Source: a virus | Taxonomy: Duplodnaviria > Caudoviricetes | IMG/VR virus record: IMGVR_UViG_3300033121_001507 | Span: 4,038-68,037 of that record | Reading direction: 5' to 3' (one strand) | Length of the DNA stretch: 64,000 nucleotides | Shown: positions 55,671 through 64,000 of the stretch, piece by piece | Position numbering within the stretch: position 1 is the stretch's first letter | Layout of the letters: every line of letters begins with the position of its first letter | Notes under the pieces: model-generated | Database searches by the model: none | What the model was told of the DNA's origin: nothing | The model's input: only the letters and a program-made list of their open reading frames with translations | Made by a program: the position numbers and the translations under genes

Positions 55671-56681
55671 TTACGACATGTGAACGAGTCCCGAACGACC
55701 ATCCACGTCCGACCGAATCAGCGGAACCTGAATCGTGAAGGACTTGAAGTTGATACGGAACCCGCCCATCACATCCCACTGGATGTTCTGGAGAGCTTCA
55801 CCAGTCACCCACTGAACGACGTCGGGAGTGGGCTGGATGAGGAGCATCTGGTCAGAGGTCATCTGATCCGCAACCGTGATGCGTTCGAGACCATCGATCT
55901 GCATCAGACGCTCACGAATCGTCATGTCACCAGTGGACTTGTAGTCTTCCGACAGCTTCGTCGAGAAGTTGGTCGGGACATACAGCCAATAGGGACCATA
56001 CATACGATCCGCTTCGGCCATCGCCATCATCGACAGAACGTCGTCGAGGCAGTTCGCGCCGGTCTTCGCAGCAGCCGACCACGCACCGTTCGTCCCGAAC
56101 GAGTCGAGATTACGGTGAGGGTGGGTGAGGTAGCCGTAGATCGGAAGACCACCAAAGGTCTTCGAGCCGGAGAACAGAATCTGTTCCAGCAGTTCAGCGA
56201 TCTTACGACCAGCAACTTCGACCTGGAGCGTATCCAGAGCCTGACCCTTCTCACGGGAAGCAGCCAGATGCCGCAGGTTCAGGAAGAAGTCCTTGAACAC
56301 GATGGGCAGCGGGAGCTGCGCCAGATCGTATTCGAGTCGATCGTTCTCCGTCGAGCCGAGGCCGTCGAGAGAGATCGACGCATCACCCATGTCGGTGATC
56401 TTGTCGTATTCCAGAACGGTCTTAGCCAGACCGTTGGAAATCGTCCTGGTCAGACCCGCCGCAATCAGGTCACGAACACCACGAAGGCGCTTCGCCGCAG
56501 CCTGGACGAGCACGTTGTCGAACTCGATCCATTCTTCCTTGCGAAGCGTATCCAGAGTGCGAAGAACAGCCGGAGAGATCTTCTGACCCGACTGAAGCGC
56601 ACGGAGAAGCTGTTCACCGGCCCACTTCCCCGAGCTTCCGCCGAAGAAGTTTTTGCCAGTTGCCACCTGAACGTCATTCAT
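55671..56681 (-). CDS. major capsid protein (HK97 fold)
   Basis: Synteny; DFFLNLRHL, IYGYLTHP, YGPYWLYVP. Confidence 0.85.
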   Translation of the reverse strand: MNDVQVATGKNFFGGSSGKWAGEQLLRALQSGQKISPAVLRTLDTLRKEEWIEFDNVLVQAAAKRLRGVRDLIAAGLTRTISNGLAKTVLEYDKITDMGDASISLDGLGSTENDRLEYDLAQLPLPIVFKDFFLNLRHLAASREKGQALDTLQVEVAGRKIAELLEQILFSGSKTFGGLPIYGYLTHPHRNLDSFGTNGAWSAAAKTGANCLDDVLSMMAMAEADRMYGPYWLYVPTNFSTKLSEDYKSTGDMTIRERLMQIDGLERITVADQMTSDQMLLIQPTPDVVQWVTGEALQNIQWDVMGGFRINFKSFTIQVPLIRSDVDGRSGLVHMS

Positions 56682-56715
56682 TTTGAGCTCCTGTTACTCG
56701 TCGTCGTTGAGACGG

Positions 56716-57168
56716 TTAGGGCATCACTTCGACGCGGATGTATGCGTCAGAAGGACCTGCCGAGTTGTTAACTGCTTCGAGGGCACGAGCAATGATCACG
56801 CCGGAGTTGAGAATCCGCAGCGTGCCGTTGCCAGCCGATTCGAGGCGAGCGTTGGCCGAGATGTTCTGACCCGAAGCGATGATGGCGAGAACATGCTGAC
56901 CAGGAACACACACCGCAACCTTCACCTGATCGCCAATCGCGTAAGCAGCCGAACCAGCGCGATTCTTGTAGGTGTCGTCGATGCCGCGGCCGAGCTCTTC
57001 ACGCTCAACCGCGAAAGCACGAGGGCACGCCCCACCAGCCGTCGCGTGCTTCGCAATAGCCGTAACACCATCGACCAGATGTCCCGGCTTGATTTCTTCA
57101 CTGGCGGCACCCTCTTCGTTGTAATAGGGTTCGCCAAGAAGCATGATCGTCCGCTTGTTGCTTGCCAT
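56716..57168 (-). CDS. capsid decoration protein
   Basis: Between the protease and capsid genes; IKPGHLV, GTLR, ALEAV, YIRVEV. Confidence 0.7.
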   Translation of the reverse strand: MASNKRTIMLLGEPYYNEEGAASEEIKPGHLVDGVTAIAKHATAGGACPRAFAVEREELGRGIDDTYKNRAGSAAYAIGDQVKVAVCVPGQHVLAIIASGQNISANARLESAGNGTLRILNSGVIIARALEAVNNSAGPSDAYIRVEVMP

Positions 57169-57198
57169 GTAACTACTCCTTCGTCGACTATTCGACGG

Positions 57199-58617
57199 TT
57201 ACTTGGTGAACTGAGTGGACAGAGCCGGAGCTTCCGGAATGCTGTCCTTGTCTTCCGAACCATCACGCGACAGACCGCGGGTGGTGAAGTCGGCCTTGCT
57301 AGAGATCTTCGCAAGGTTCTGGAGCTTCTTCAGCTCAGACAGTGAACGGGTCTTGAGCTCGTCGGGCGTGAACTCCTTCTGGCTCGCAGTCAGAGCAGTC
57401 ACGATGCTGTCAATCTCATCCTGCTCGGCCTTACGCGCGCGAGCAACAAGCTGACGAGTAGCTTCGGGAGCGAGAGCCAGAGCCTCTTCCTCGGTGAGCT
57501 GCTTCGCTTCAGTAGAAGCGGGAGCCACGGGAGTTTCCGCCGCCTTTTCGGTAGGCTGCGAAAGAGCTTCCAGAGCCTCCATGCTAAGAGCCTCCAGACC
57601 GGCCCGATCCGCGTCCGAGAACTTGTTCTTCGGGCACGCAATCAGAGCAGAAACGAGCTGCTTCTTGTCCATTGATGGTTCCTCGGTGGTTGGTGGCGTG
57701 CATCCACAGGAAGAGCCTTCGGCAGCGACGGTTTTGTATTCCATCACCTGCTGGACTTCTTCCGTCGACTCCCCCAGCGTGACCACGCCTTTATCATCAA
57801 CGCTGAAGTCTCTACGCAAGAGCTTGAAGTTACCATCCGGAGCGACAGCATAAACGACTTTGGAATCGCTCTGGAAAACGTCCTGGACACCTACGAAGGC
57901 AGGTTCCGTGGAAAAGAGTGCTTTATCCAGGGAATAGTAGATGTCCGAGTCGCTCGCGCCTTCGTTCTTACGAAAACCGAGCTTTTCCATGAAAAACTCA
58001 CGGATAGTTTTCTTAGCCACTTCTTGTTTCCCTTCTGCGAGTCGCGGGGCTCCACAGCCCATCTTGTTACTACATGCCCCAATATATCCTACTGGAAGCA
58101 TAGCGAGATGATCAGGAACCACCTCGCGCCATTCGCCGAAGTATTCCTTACCTTCGTAGAACCCGTGGACCTCTTCGACGCCAATCATGGCACCAACGGA
58201 TACCTCGATAGGAACTCCTGACAGAGCACGATTGATCACCGAAACAGCATCAGGCCCAACAGCCTCGGCTTTTTCAGGATCAAGCCATGCTTCCATCAGC
58301 AGTTTGGTGCCCTCAATGTGTGTATTGAACACCAAACCAAACGACTGCGCCTCAAGGACGGTAGGTTCGTTGGCGGACCCATTCGCTACATCCAAGGAGG
58401 GGTGTCGGGGAAGGACAGGACGACCATTCCATCCCTGAGGCGCATGCTGCAGTGACTCAATAGTCACTAATTCTGGATTTTCACTGTTGCTGGCATGAAC
58501 AACACCCTGCACGAGTGCGACAACCGGAACAACAATGTGATCCTTGGAGTTGAACGTAGCGTGCCGGATGTTCAACCCCGAAGAACTGGCTTTCAACAGG
58601 CGAAAAGTCTGAATCAT
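57199..58617 (-). CDS. capsid maturation protease (DUF2213-like) with scaffold C-terminus
   Basis: WNGRPV..RHP, EVSVG, DHLAML..GAC; helical acidic C-terminal half. Confidence 0.82.
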   Translation of the reverse strand: MIQTFRLLKASSSGLNIRHATFNSKDHIVVPVVALVQGVVHASNSENPELVTIESLQHAPQGWNGRPVLPRHPSLDVANGSANEPTVLEAQSFGLVFNTHIEGTKLLMEAWLDPEKAEAVGPDAVSVINRALSGVPIEVSVGAMIGVEEVHGFYEGKEYFGEWREVVPDHLAMLPVGYIGACSNKMGCGAPRLAEGKQEVAKKTIREFFMEKLGFRKNEGASDSDIYYSLDKALFSTEPAFVGVQDVFQSDSKVVYAVAPDGNFKLLRRDFSVDDKGVVTLGESTEEVQQVMEYKTVAAEGSSCGCTPPTTEEPSMDKKQLVSALIACPKNKFSDADRAGLEALSMEALEALSQPTEKAAETPVAPASTEAKQLTEEEALALAPEATRQLVARARKAEQDEIDSIVTALTASQKEFTPDELKTRSLSELKKLQNLAKISSKADFTTRGLSRDGSEDKDSIPEAPALSTQFTK

Positions 58618-60038
58618 ACCCCATCCTTCTCACGTTTGAACCCAGGATCGTCTTTTGAGTTCACTTTGGGGTTTTTATTCTGATTTTTCTGGTTTTTGGG
58701 GTCCGTTGGATCCCCATTGGAGTCCGCATTGTCTCCGTTTTGGTCCGCATTTGGGTCAATTACGAACTCGCGCATCTTCTCAACGAGCTCTTTTTCCCTC
58801 TTATACTGCTCCTCGGACAGGACATCCAGCCCGAGAACCACCGTCCGAATCTCGTCGGAGGTGACCACAATGCGACCCATAACGGAGTTCAACCGACTCC
58901 ATTTCTCTGCGATTTCGGCCTTTTTCGCCGCTGGCAGGTTCAAAATCTGCGGCCACACGCACCTATAGTCCTTGGGCTGCGGCAGCACGCCAATTTCGAT
59001 CATTCTGTCAACGAAAACGCGAACTACATAGGGTTCGGCCCACTCCGTGCGGCGTGTTTCGACTCGCTCATCCCAGTTGTTTTTGTCCTGAGATGACCCC
59101 AATTCGCCCCGTTCGCTGCCCAACAGGATCCGTTTTGGGATACCCGTGGTCGAACTAATGAGCGAAATTACCGCATCAGCGGGTCCGCTGAAGTTCGCAA
59201 CATCCGAACCGAGAGAGTTTACCGTCGTTCCCTGCGTCCGAAGCACCCGACGAAGGCCGTGTTCGTATTCTTCGACCTCTTTCTCGAAAGCTTCTTCATC
59301 CTCGGTGCCAAGCTCGATTTCTTTGTCGATATCGACCTGGATTCCCTGATCGGCTCGCTTCCAGAACGCTTCGGCTCCACCACCTACCACCTTGACGAGA
59401 TCATCGAGGTTGTTCCACACGCCCTTGAGTCGTGGGGTTCCTCGGAGATCATCATCCAAGATGTCATCGGCTACGTGAATCACGCGAGAATAATGAACCT
59501 TTACCGTCCGGTTCCTATCCAACCGCGCCACGTTGTAGTAGAGGGGAAGCCCGTATCGTTCGGAAGTCGTGTCGTAGTCGATATCACCGATGGACGCTTC
59601 GCTCTCTCCTCGGATTGTGAGGAAACGAATATCGTCCATCGTGGCGTTCTTCAGAGGTGATTCAGGTGCTCCAGGCCCACCAATGATGATTACGCTGTAA
59701 TCTCCCACACCAGCGAGGATATCAGCTCGGCTGAAGGTCGCCCAAACATTGAGTTTCTTGTTGAGCTCCATCCACGCTTCTTCGAACTTGGTCACTACGA
59801 GCGGATTTGGATCCTCGATGATGTCTCCACCGCCCCTCCAAGTCGCCTTGGGCAGTGCTCGAACGATAGCGGACGCCATGCCATCGCGTTCTGCACGAAC
59901 ACGATAGTCCGCGGCCGTCAGATGTTTCTTGTAACCGAGGGCCTGATAGAAATCGCGTCGTCCGCCGAATGTCAACCCGAGTTTTTCACTCAGGTCGATA
60001 CGTTTGGCAAGCACCGACATCAGGGACCGGAAGTTCAT
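58614..60038 (-). CDS. portal protein (DUF1073-like)
   Basis: Follows the terminase; YGLPLYY, VHYSRVIH, GIPKRILLG. Confidence 0.88.
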   Translation of the reverse strand: MNFRSLMSVLAKRIDLSEKLGLTFGGRRDFYQALGYKKHLTAADYRVRAERDGMASAIVRALPKATWRGGGDIIEDPNPLVVTKFEEAWMELNKKLNVWATFSRADILAGVGDYSVIIIGGPGAPESPLKNATMDDIRFLTIRGESEASIGDIDYDTTSERYGLPLYYNVARLDRNRTVKVHYSRVIHVADDILDDDLRGTPRLKGVWNNLDDLVKVVGGGAEAFWKRADQGIQVDIDKEIELGTEDEEAFEKEVEEYEHGLRRVLRTQGTTVNSLGSDVANFSGPADAVISLISSTTGIPKRILLGSERGELGSSQDKNNWDERVETRRTEWAEPYVVRVFVDRMIEIGVLPQPKDYRCVWPQILNLPAAKKAEIAEKWSRLNSVMGRIVVTSDEIRTVVLGLDVLSEEQYKREKELVEKMREFVIDPNADQNGDNADSNGDPTDPKNQKNQNKNPKVNSKDDPGFKREKDGV

Positions 60039-61582
60039 GCAGCGACCCTCCTGTTACGGAACCTACTGCCCCAGGTCGCGCGACGGAATTTGGGTTTGGG
60101 CTTCTGTGCGAAGGACAACATGAGTGAATCCGCCCTATTAGGGGACGGCACGCCACGTTTCTTCGCTTCTTCTTTGGATTCGATTTGGATCTTGCCTGTA
60201 CTGGTTCGCTTGAAGCGAATACTGGCAAGCTCGGCCGCTAGTTCGTCGTCGTTTTCGTCGATGTCGATGTTTCCTGACTCGAATAACTCGCGCACCATCC
60301 ACCACAATTCGGCGCGTCGATTGACGAACTTCTCAGTATCCTCGGCACCGGCACCAACATTGATGCCAAAGAACGGCAACTTCTGTTCCTGTGCACGATG
60401 CACCACGCCAGCCCCAATACCGATGACGTCCACTTTCACGGCTTCGGTTTGATGCTGTCTATGGAACCCGATCGCACGACCACATGTGGCCATCGTATCA
60501 GGATTGCGATCCGACCCAACGATGCGAACTCGGCGTCCCTTGCGATGCGCGTGCGTGCTGCTATCGCCACCACCACCGACGTCCACCCCGAGCTCCGACG
60601 GCCCCTCGTCATCATCGAAGCATGCTCGCTGAGCACGCTTGATCCACGGCATGGGAATCAACCCACCGCCGTCGGGTAGCTCAGGAAACTCGCCGAGGAT
60701 TTTGCTCTTCCAGAGCGGATTGACGTCGATGCCCGTGGCTCCCTCGGGAGGCACCACCCGACGACCCTGCTCGACGTCGCATTCATTACCCGATCGGTCG
60801 ACCCACCTCCACGACGGAGCCCATTTCTTCCGTTTCTCTTCGACATACACTTTGCCGATGAGATTGTGGGCCACGTAAGGAGGGCATTCCTCCCCTGTGA
60901 AGTTCGGTGTGTCGAACGCACTGATGCTGTGAACCGTCCACCCCGTCCCGGGAAAACTTGCCTCGTAATACTCTCCGGTTGGGTCATCGGGGTTGCTGAT
61001 CATCAGCGCCTTGCCGAAGTCGTTGGCAATGAGTGAGTCAGCAGCTTCATGGAGGAGGCCGCGGATCCCGTTGGCCTCGTCGAAGATATAGAGAACCCGC
61101 TTCGCGTGAATCCCCTGAAACGCCGTGGGATCATACTCATCGGGTTTACGACCAAATGCTACAAGTTCTTCATTTCCCTGAGGAGTGACCATGAACCATT
61201 CGGTTTGGTTCACGCGCCCCCGGAGCTTCCCTCGGGCATGAACACGTCCAATCTCACGCCACAGGATGGCTCGAACCTGAGCTCCCGATGGTGCGGACGT
61301 TACGACGAATGCTTCCCCGACCGGCCAGATGTCAAGCCACCAAGCGGCGATTTCTGCGGCGATGAACGACTTGCCGATTTCGTGGCAAGACATGACCAGA
61401 GTCTTGCGGTTGTCTCGCACCGACTCCATGATCTCCACCTGTTTGGACCAGAGGTGATCACCGAGTCGTTCTTTTGCCCAAAGACGAGGATCCGCGCGAT
61501 AGCGACGACGACGCATCTCTGCCTCGATGGCAGATAGCTCCTGTGTCGCGCGAACTGTGATTTCCTCAATCTCGGGAAGCAT
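60035..61582 (-). CDS. terL: terminase large subunit
   Basis: Walker A-like SCHEIGKS, Walker B IFDEA, ISNP, nuclease GVDVG and NRADS. Confidence 0.92.
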   Translation of the reverse strand: MLPEIEEITVRATQELSAIEAEMRRRRYRADPRLWAKERLGDHLWSKQVEIMESVRDNRKTLVMSCHEIGKSFIAAEIAAWWLDIWPVGEAFVVTSAPSGAQVRAILWREIGRVHARGKLRGRVNQTEWFMVTPQGNEELVAFGRKPDEYDPTAFQGIHAKRVLYIFDEANGIRGLLHEAADSLIANDFGKALMISNPDDPTGEYYEASFPGTGWTVHSISAFDTPNFTGEECPPYVAHNLIGKVYVEEKRKKWAPSWRWVDRSGNECDVEQGRRVVPPEGATGIDVNPLWKSKILGEFPELPDGGGLIPMPWIKRAQRACFDDDEGPSELGVDVGGGGDSSTHAHRKGRRVRIVGSDRNPDTMATCGRAIGFHRQHQTEAVKVDVIGIGAGVVHRAQEQKLPFFGINVGAGAEDTEKFVNRRAELWWMVRELFESGNIDIDENDDELAAELASIRFKRTSTGKIQIESKEEAKKRGVPSPNRADSLMLSFAQKPKPKFRRATWGSRFRNRRVAA

Positions 61583-61599
61583 AGTTCAATTCCACCATC

Positions 61600-61628
61600 A
61601 GTATACACTATTTTCATTTCCTTGTCAA
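61600..61628 (-). promoter_or_regulatory. near-consensus sigma70 promoter for the morphogenesis operon
   Basis: TTGACA-N17-TATACT. Confidence 0.85.
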
Positions 61629-61917
61629 GAACTATTTTTGACTGAACATGTGTGATTCGGAAAAACTCACGGGAAAATTTGGAAGGGAACACGGGTGGAG
61701 TGGATTTGGGATTCGAGAGAGGATCACAGAAATACGGGACGCGGAATTCGCGGGGGACCGCGAGTGTAAAAATTACCGTGTAAAATTTACATTGTTGCTT
61801 GTCAAGGTTTTGACAGGGCACGGCAAAGCCCGTGCCATTGGGGTTGGCACGGGCCTTGCTACAGGTGGGTAGTACGGCCCGTGGCTACAGTTTTGTAACC
61901 ACGGGCCGCGTGTCGTG

Positions 61918-62421
61918 CTACTTGCGCCCCTTGCCCTTGCCCTTGCCCTTGCCCGTGTCCGTCGTGGCAAGTTCGGCGTCCGGGCCGATGCCGTAGGCGT
62001 CCGGCAGGGCCGCGTGTTCGTCCGGGTCAACGGTAATGGTCGCGGGGGCCGCCTGTTCGACCGTGGGGGCCGCCGTGGTTGCCGCCGGGATACCCGACAG
62101 GCGCGGACGGCGGACACGTTCTTGCCAACCACCAGCCTTGACGGCGGCAACCAGTGCCGCGAAGTGGGCACGGGCTTCGGTCTCAGTCTGGGCGGTGTAG
62201 GCGCACGTCAGCGTGGTACCGTCGGCCGTCTGGATGGTGGGCACCTGGTACTGCCGTGCGGCCCCCGGGTTGCCCTTGCCGTGCTTGTCGCTGTCGTCGT
62301 GCCGCGCAAGGCCCACGTTGTAACCGCGCTTGCCGCTGTCCAAGTGCACCGTCAGTTTGGTGTACACCGCCGTACCCTGTTGCGCGTCCGTCTGGCCCAC
62401 TGTCACGAACTTGTCAGTCAT
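61918..62421 (-). CDS. hypothetical protein with atypical composition and a KG-repeat tail
   Basis: Candidate promoter TTGCAA-N16-TAACAT at 62471-62498; GGGGTAGG RBS; ends GKGKGKGKGRK. Confidence 0.7.
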   Translation of the reverse strand: MTDKFVTVGQTDAQQGTAVYTKLTVHLDSGKRGYNVGLARHDDSDKHGKGNPGAARQYQVPTIQTADGTTLTCAYTAQTETEARAHFAALVAAVKAGGWQERVRRPRLSGIPAATTAAPTVEQAAPATITVDPDEHAALPDAYGIGPDAELATTDTGKGKGKGKGRK

Positions 62422-62570
62422 AACCTACCCCTTGTTTGTAAGTAAGCCCTTTTGCTTACTTACAAACCCTATGTTACCACGGGCAAGGCGGTTTGCAACA
62501 ACAAAGTAAAGGTTTTTTGCAAAATTCTTTTTGCTAAGACTGGTTACAGTTTTGTAACTTTTGGGGTTTC

Positions 62571-62780
62571 TGGCCCTTAGTTTGCAACCGGCTGGCCGCT
62601 TACACTTTTGTAACCGGCCCGGCCGCTTACACTTTCGTAATTACCCGCACATGGCCCTTAGTTTGCAACCGGCTGGCCGCTTACACTTTTGTAACCGGCC
62701 CGGCCGCTTACACTTTCGTAATTACCCGCACATGGCCCTTAGTTTGCAACCGGCTGGCCGCTTACACTTTTGTAACCGGC
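62571..62780. repeat. 81-bp tandem repeat, about 2.6 exact copies
   Basis: Units start at 62571, 62652 and 62733; internal TTAC-N6-GTAA dyads. Confidence 0.9.
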
Positions 62781-63031
62781 ACCAACCTTGCAAGCAACCG
62801 CTGGTACGCGGTTTGCAACCGGCCAACCTGGCACGCGGTTTGCAACCGGCCTGTCAAATTTTTGACGCCCGCCTGTCAAATTTCTGACGGGTGGCGCGTC
62901 AAATTTTTGACACCTTCGGTTTTCGGGTTTTCGGGTCTTCCCCGGATCTTTTCACACATTTTCAGACATGATGTATGAAAAAACGAAAATCCTTTCATCC
63001 TTAAATCCGTTCTTCTGGGATCCTGGGCGAC

Positions 63032-63120
63032 CCGCTCGGACATTTCAGAGAGTTCCCAGGAGGTCGGCGGCTCCGCTCGGACATTTCATAGGACATGGGC
63101 CGATCCGCTCGGACATTTCA
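63032..63120. repeat. three direct repeats of CCGCTCGGACATTTCA
   Basis: Copies at 63032, 63073 and 63105. Confidence 0.85.
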
Positions 63121-63319
63121 GGTGTTCCGTCGGGTGGATATACGACCGCTCGCCGGAGTATAGAATGATAAAACGATAATGGTGTGCTCGCCACGGGCCG
63201 CTTCACTCAACGATCATGGCAAAAAACGATAATCGGTTGGTGGGATAATCGTTTAATCGTTTTATCCTATAATCAACGACTCAAACGAGAAATGAGGATA
63301 GATATGAGTGTAGATTTAC

Positions 63320-63348
63320 GTTACAGGACCGCAAAGGTGTAGTAGTAT
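63320..63348 (+). promoter_or_regulatory. sigma70-like promoter
   Basis: GTTACA-N17-TAGTAT; near copy of the 7505 promoter and leader. Confidence 0.6.
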
Positions 63349-63384
63349 GTACGTAGCGCAAAGGGGCGCAAGGAGGCAGAGCAA

Positions 63385-63651
63385 ATGCGTAAACTGTGGT
63401 TCGCTCTCAAGGACACCAAGGATTACCTCGCCTATCGGCTTCGCTACGGCCGCGAGGAATTCCGCTACGAGCACATCTACCTCGGTGCTTCGTGGTTCGG
63501 GTTCGTGGTCAACACGGTCTTGGAGGCCTACCGCGTGTTCGTCTGCTCCTACTTCGGACACAAGCTCCGCGAAGAGAACGCCGACGCCGAAAACGGGTGC
63601 AGTGACATCTACTGCTCGCGCTGCGGTTATTCCGACACCATCTGGTTCTAG
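63385..63651 (+). CDS. hypothetical protein
   Basis: AAGGAGG RBS; CSRC; GHKL. Confidence 0.7.
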   Translation: MRKLWFALKDTKDYLAYRLRYGREEFRYEHIYLGASWFGFVVNTVLEAYRVFVCSYFGHKLREENADAENGCSDIYCSRCGYSDTIWF

Positions 63652-63659
63652 GAGGGCAC

Positions 63660-63767
63660 ATGAGCTTCGGCGACATCGTGTTGGTGCTCGGCGTCGTGGT
63701 CGCAATCTGTGGCGTCATGGAGGTGGTGGACAAGGTCGTGGGGTTCCTGTTCCGGGTCGCTGAGTAG
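63660..63767 (+). CDS. small single-TM peptide
   Basis: AGGAGG RBS; MSFGDIVLVLGVVVAICGVMEVVDK. Confidence 0.55.
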   Translation: MSFGDIVLVLGVVVAICGVMEVVDKVVGFLFRVAE

Positions 63768-64000
63768 GTCTGGTAATGGCTGACTTTACATCGGCCATTC
63801 GCCGATCGGAGATTATCCTTTTGTCTCTGATGTGTCGGTCGGTGGGATAAAACGATAATCGGTGACGAGTCGCTGACAAATGGCGGACATATCGGGGACA
63901 TATCTCCGATGGAAATACATACCATATTCGTTTTATCGCTGACTGGTGAGCGAGCGGTAGGATGAAAACGTTGCGACAGCGAGCGAAAAAACGATAATCG

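Noticed and set aside
55132-57641. Long opposite-strand or alternate-frame ORFs over the capsid and protease genes
   Set aside because: Shadow ORFs from codon bias, with no motifs or RBS
62561-62887. 108-aa ORF with repeated peptide
   Set aside because: It is the translation of the 81-bp repeat (27 codons per unit) with no convincing RBS
62571-63120. Possible CRISPR array
   Set aside because: Units are identical with no unique spacers, and no cas genes are present
1-64000. Alternative genetic code or stop readthrough
   Set aside because: Core genes are full length and tightly coupled under the standard code
1-64000. Prophage or temperate lifestyle
   Set aside because: No integrase, repressor/Cro pair, att repeat or host genes recognised

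Overview
This window is most or all of a tailed dsDNA phage genome with siphovirus architecture. No integrase, repressor, tRNA, rRNA or CRISPR array was recognised, so it is probably virulent; the host is unknown. Layout: (1) a leftward primase-helicase unit (68-2917); (2) divergent sigma70-like promoters, then a rightward early/accessory region (3.1-17.5 kb) that includes seven paralogous small genes; (3) replication and nucleotide genes (family A polymerase, SWIM-ligase, SNF2-like helicase, SSB) around a thymidine-hypermodification cluster (21.5-28.2 kb: dUMP hydroxymethylase, hmdU-DNA kinase, two amino acid:DNA transferase-like genes, a TET/JBP-associated-type glycosyltransferase, and MazG, HAD and HD nucleotidases); (4) a leftward morphogenesis and lysis operon (35.2-61.6 kb) with three glycosyltransferases inside the head-tail connector genes; (5) a repeat-rich terminal region. 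Best leads: the unusual base-modification enzyme set, GA/TC-free intergenic islands sharing an 8-mer, the paralog array, likely virion glycosylation, and signal-peptide-bearing tail proteins. All family calls are motif recognition by eye, not database searches; all counts are hand counts.
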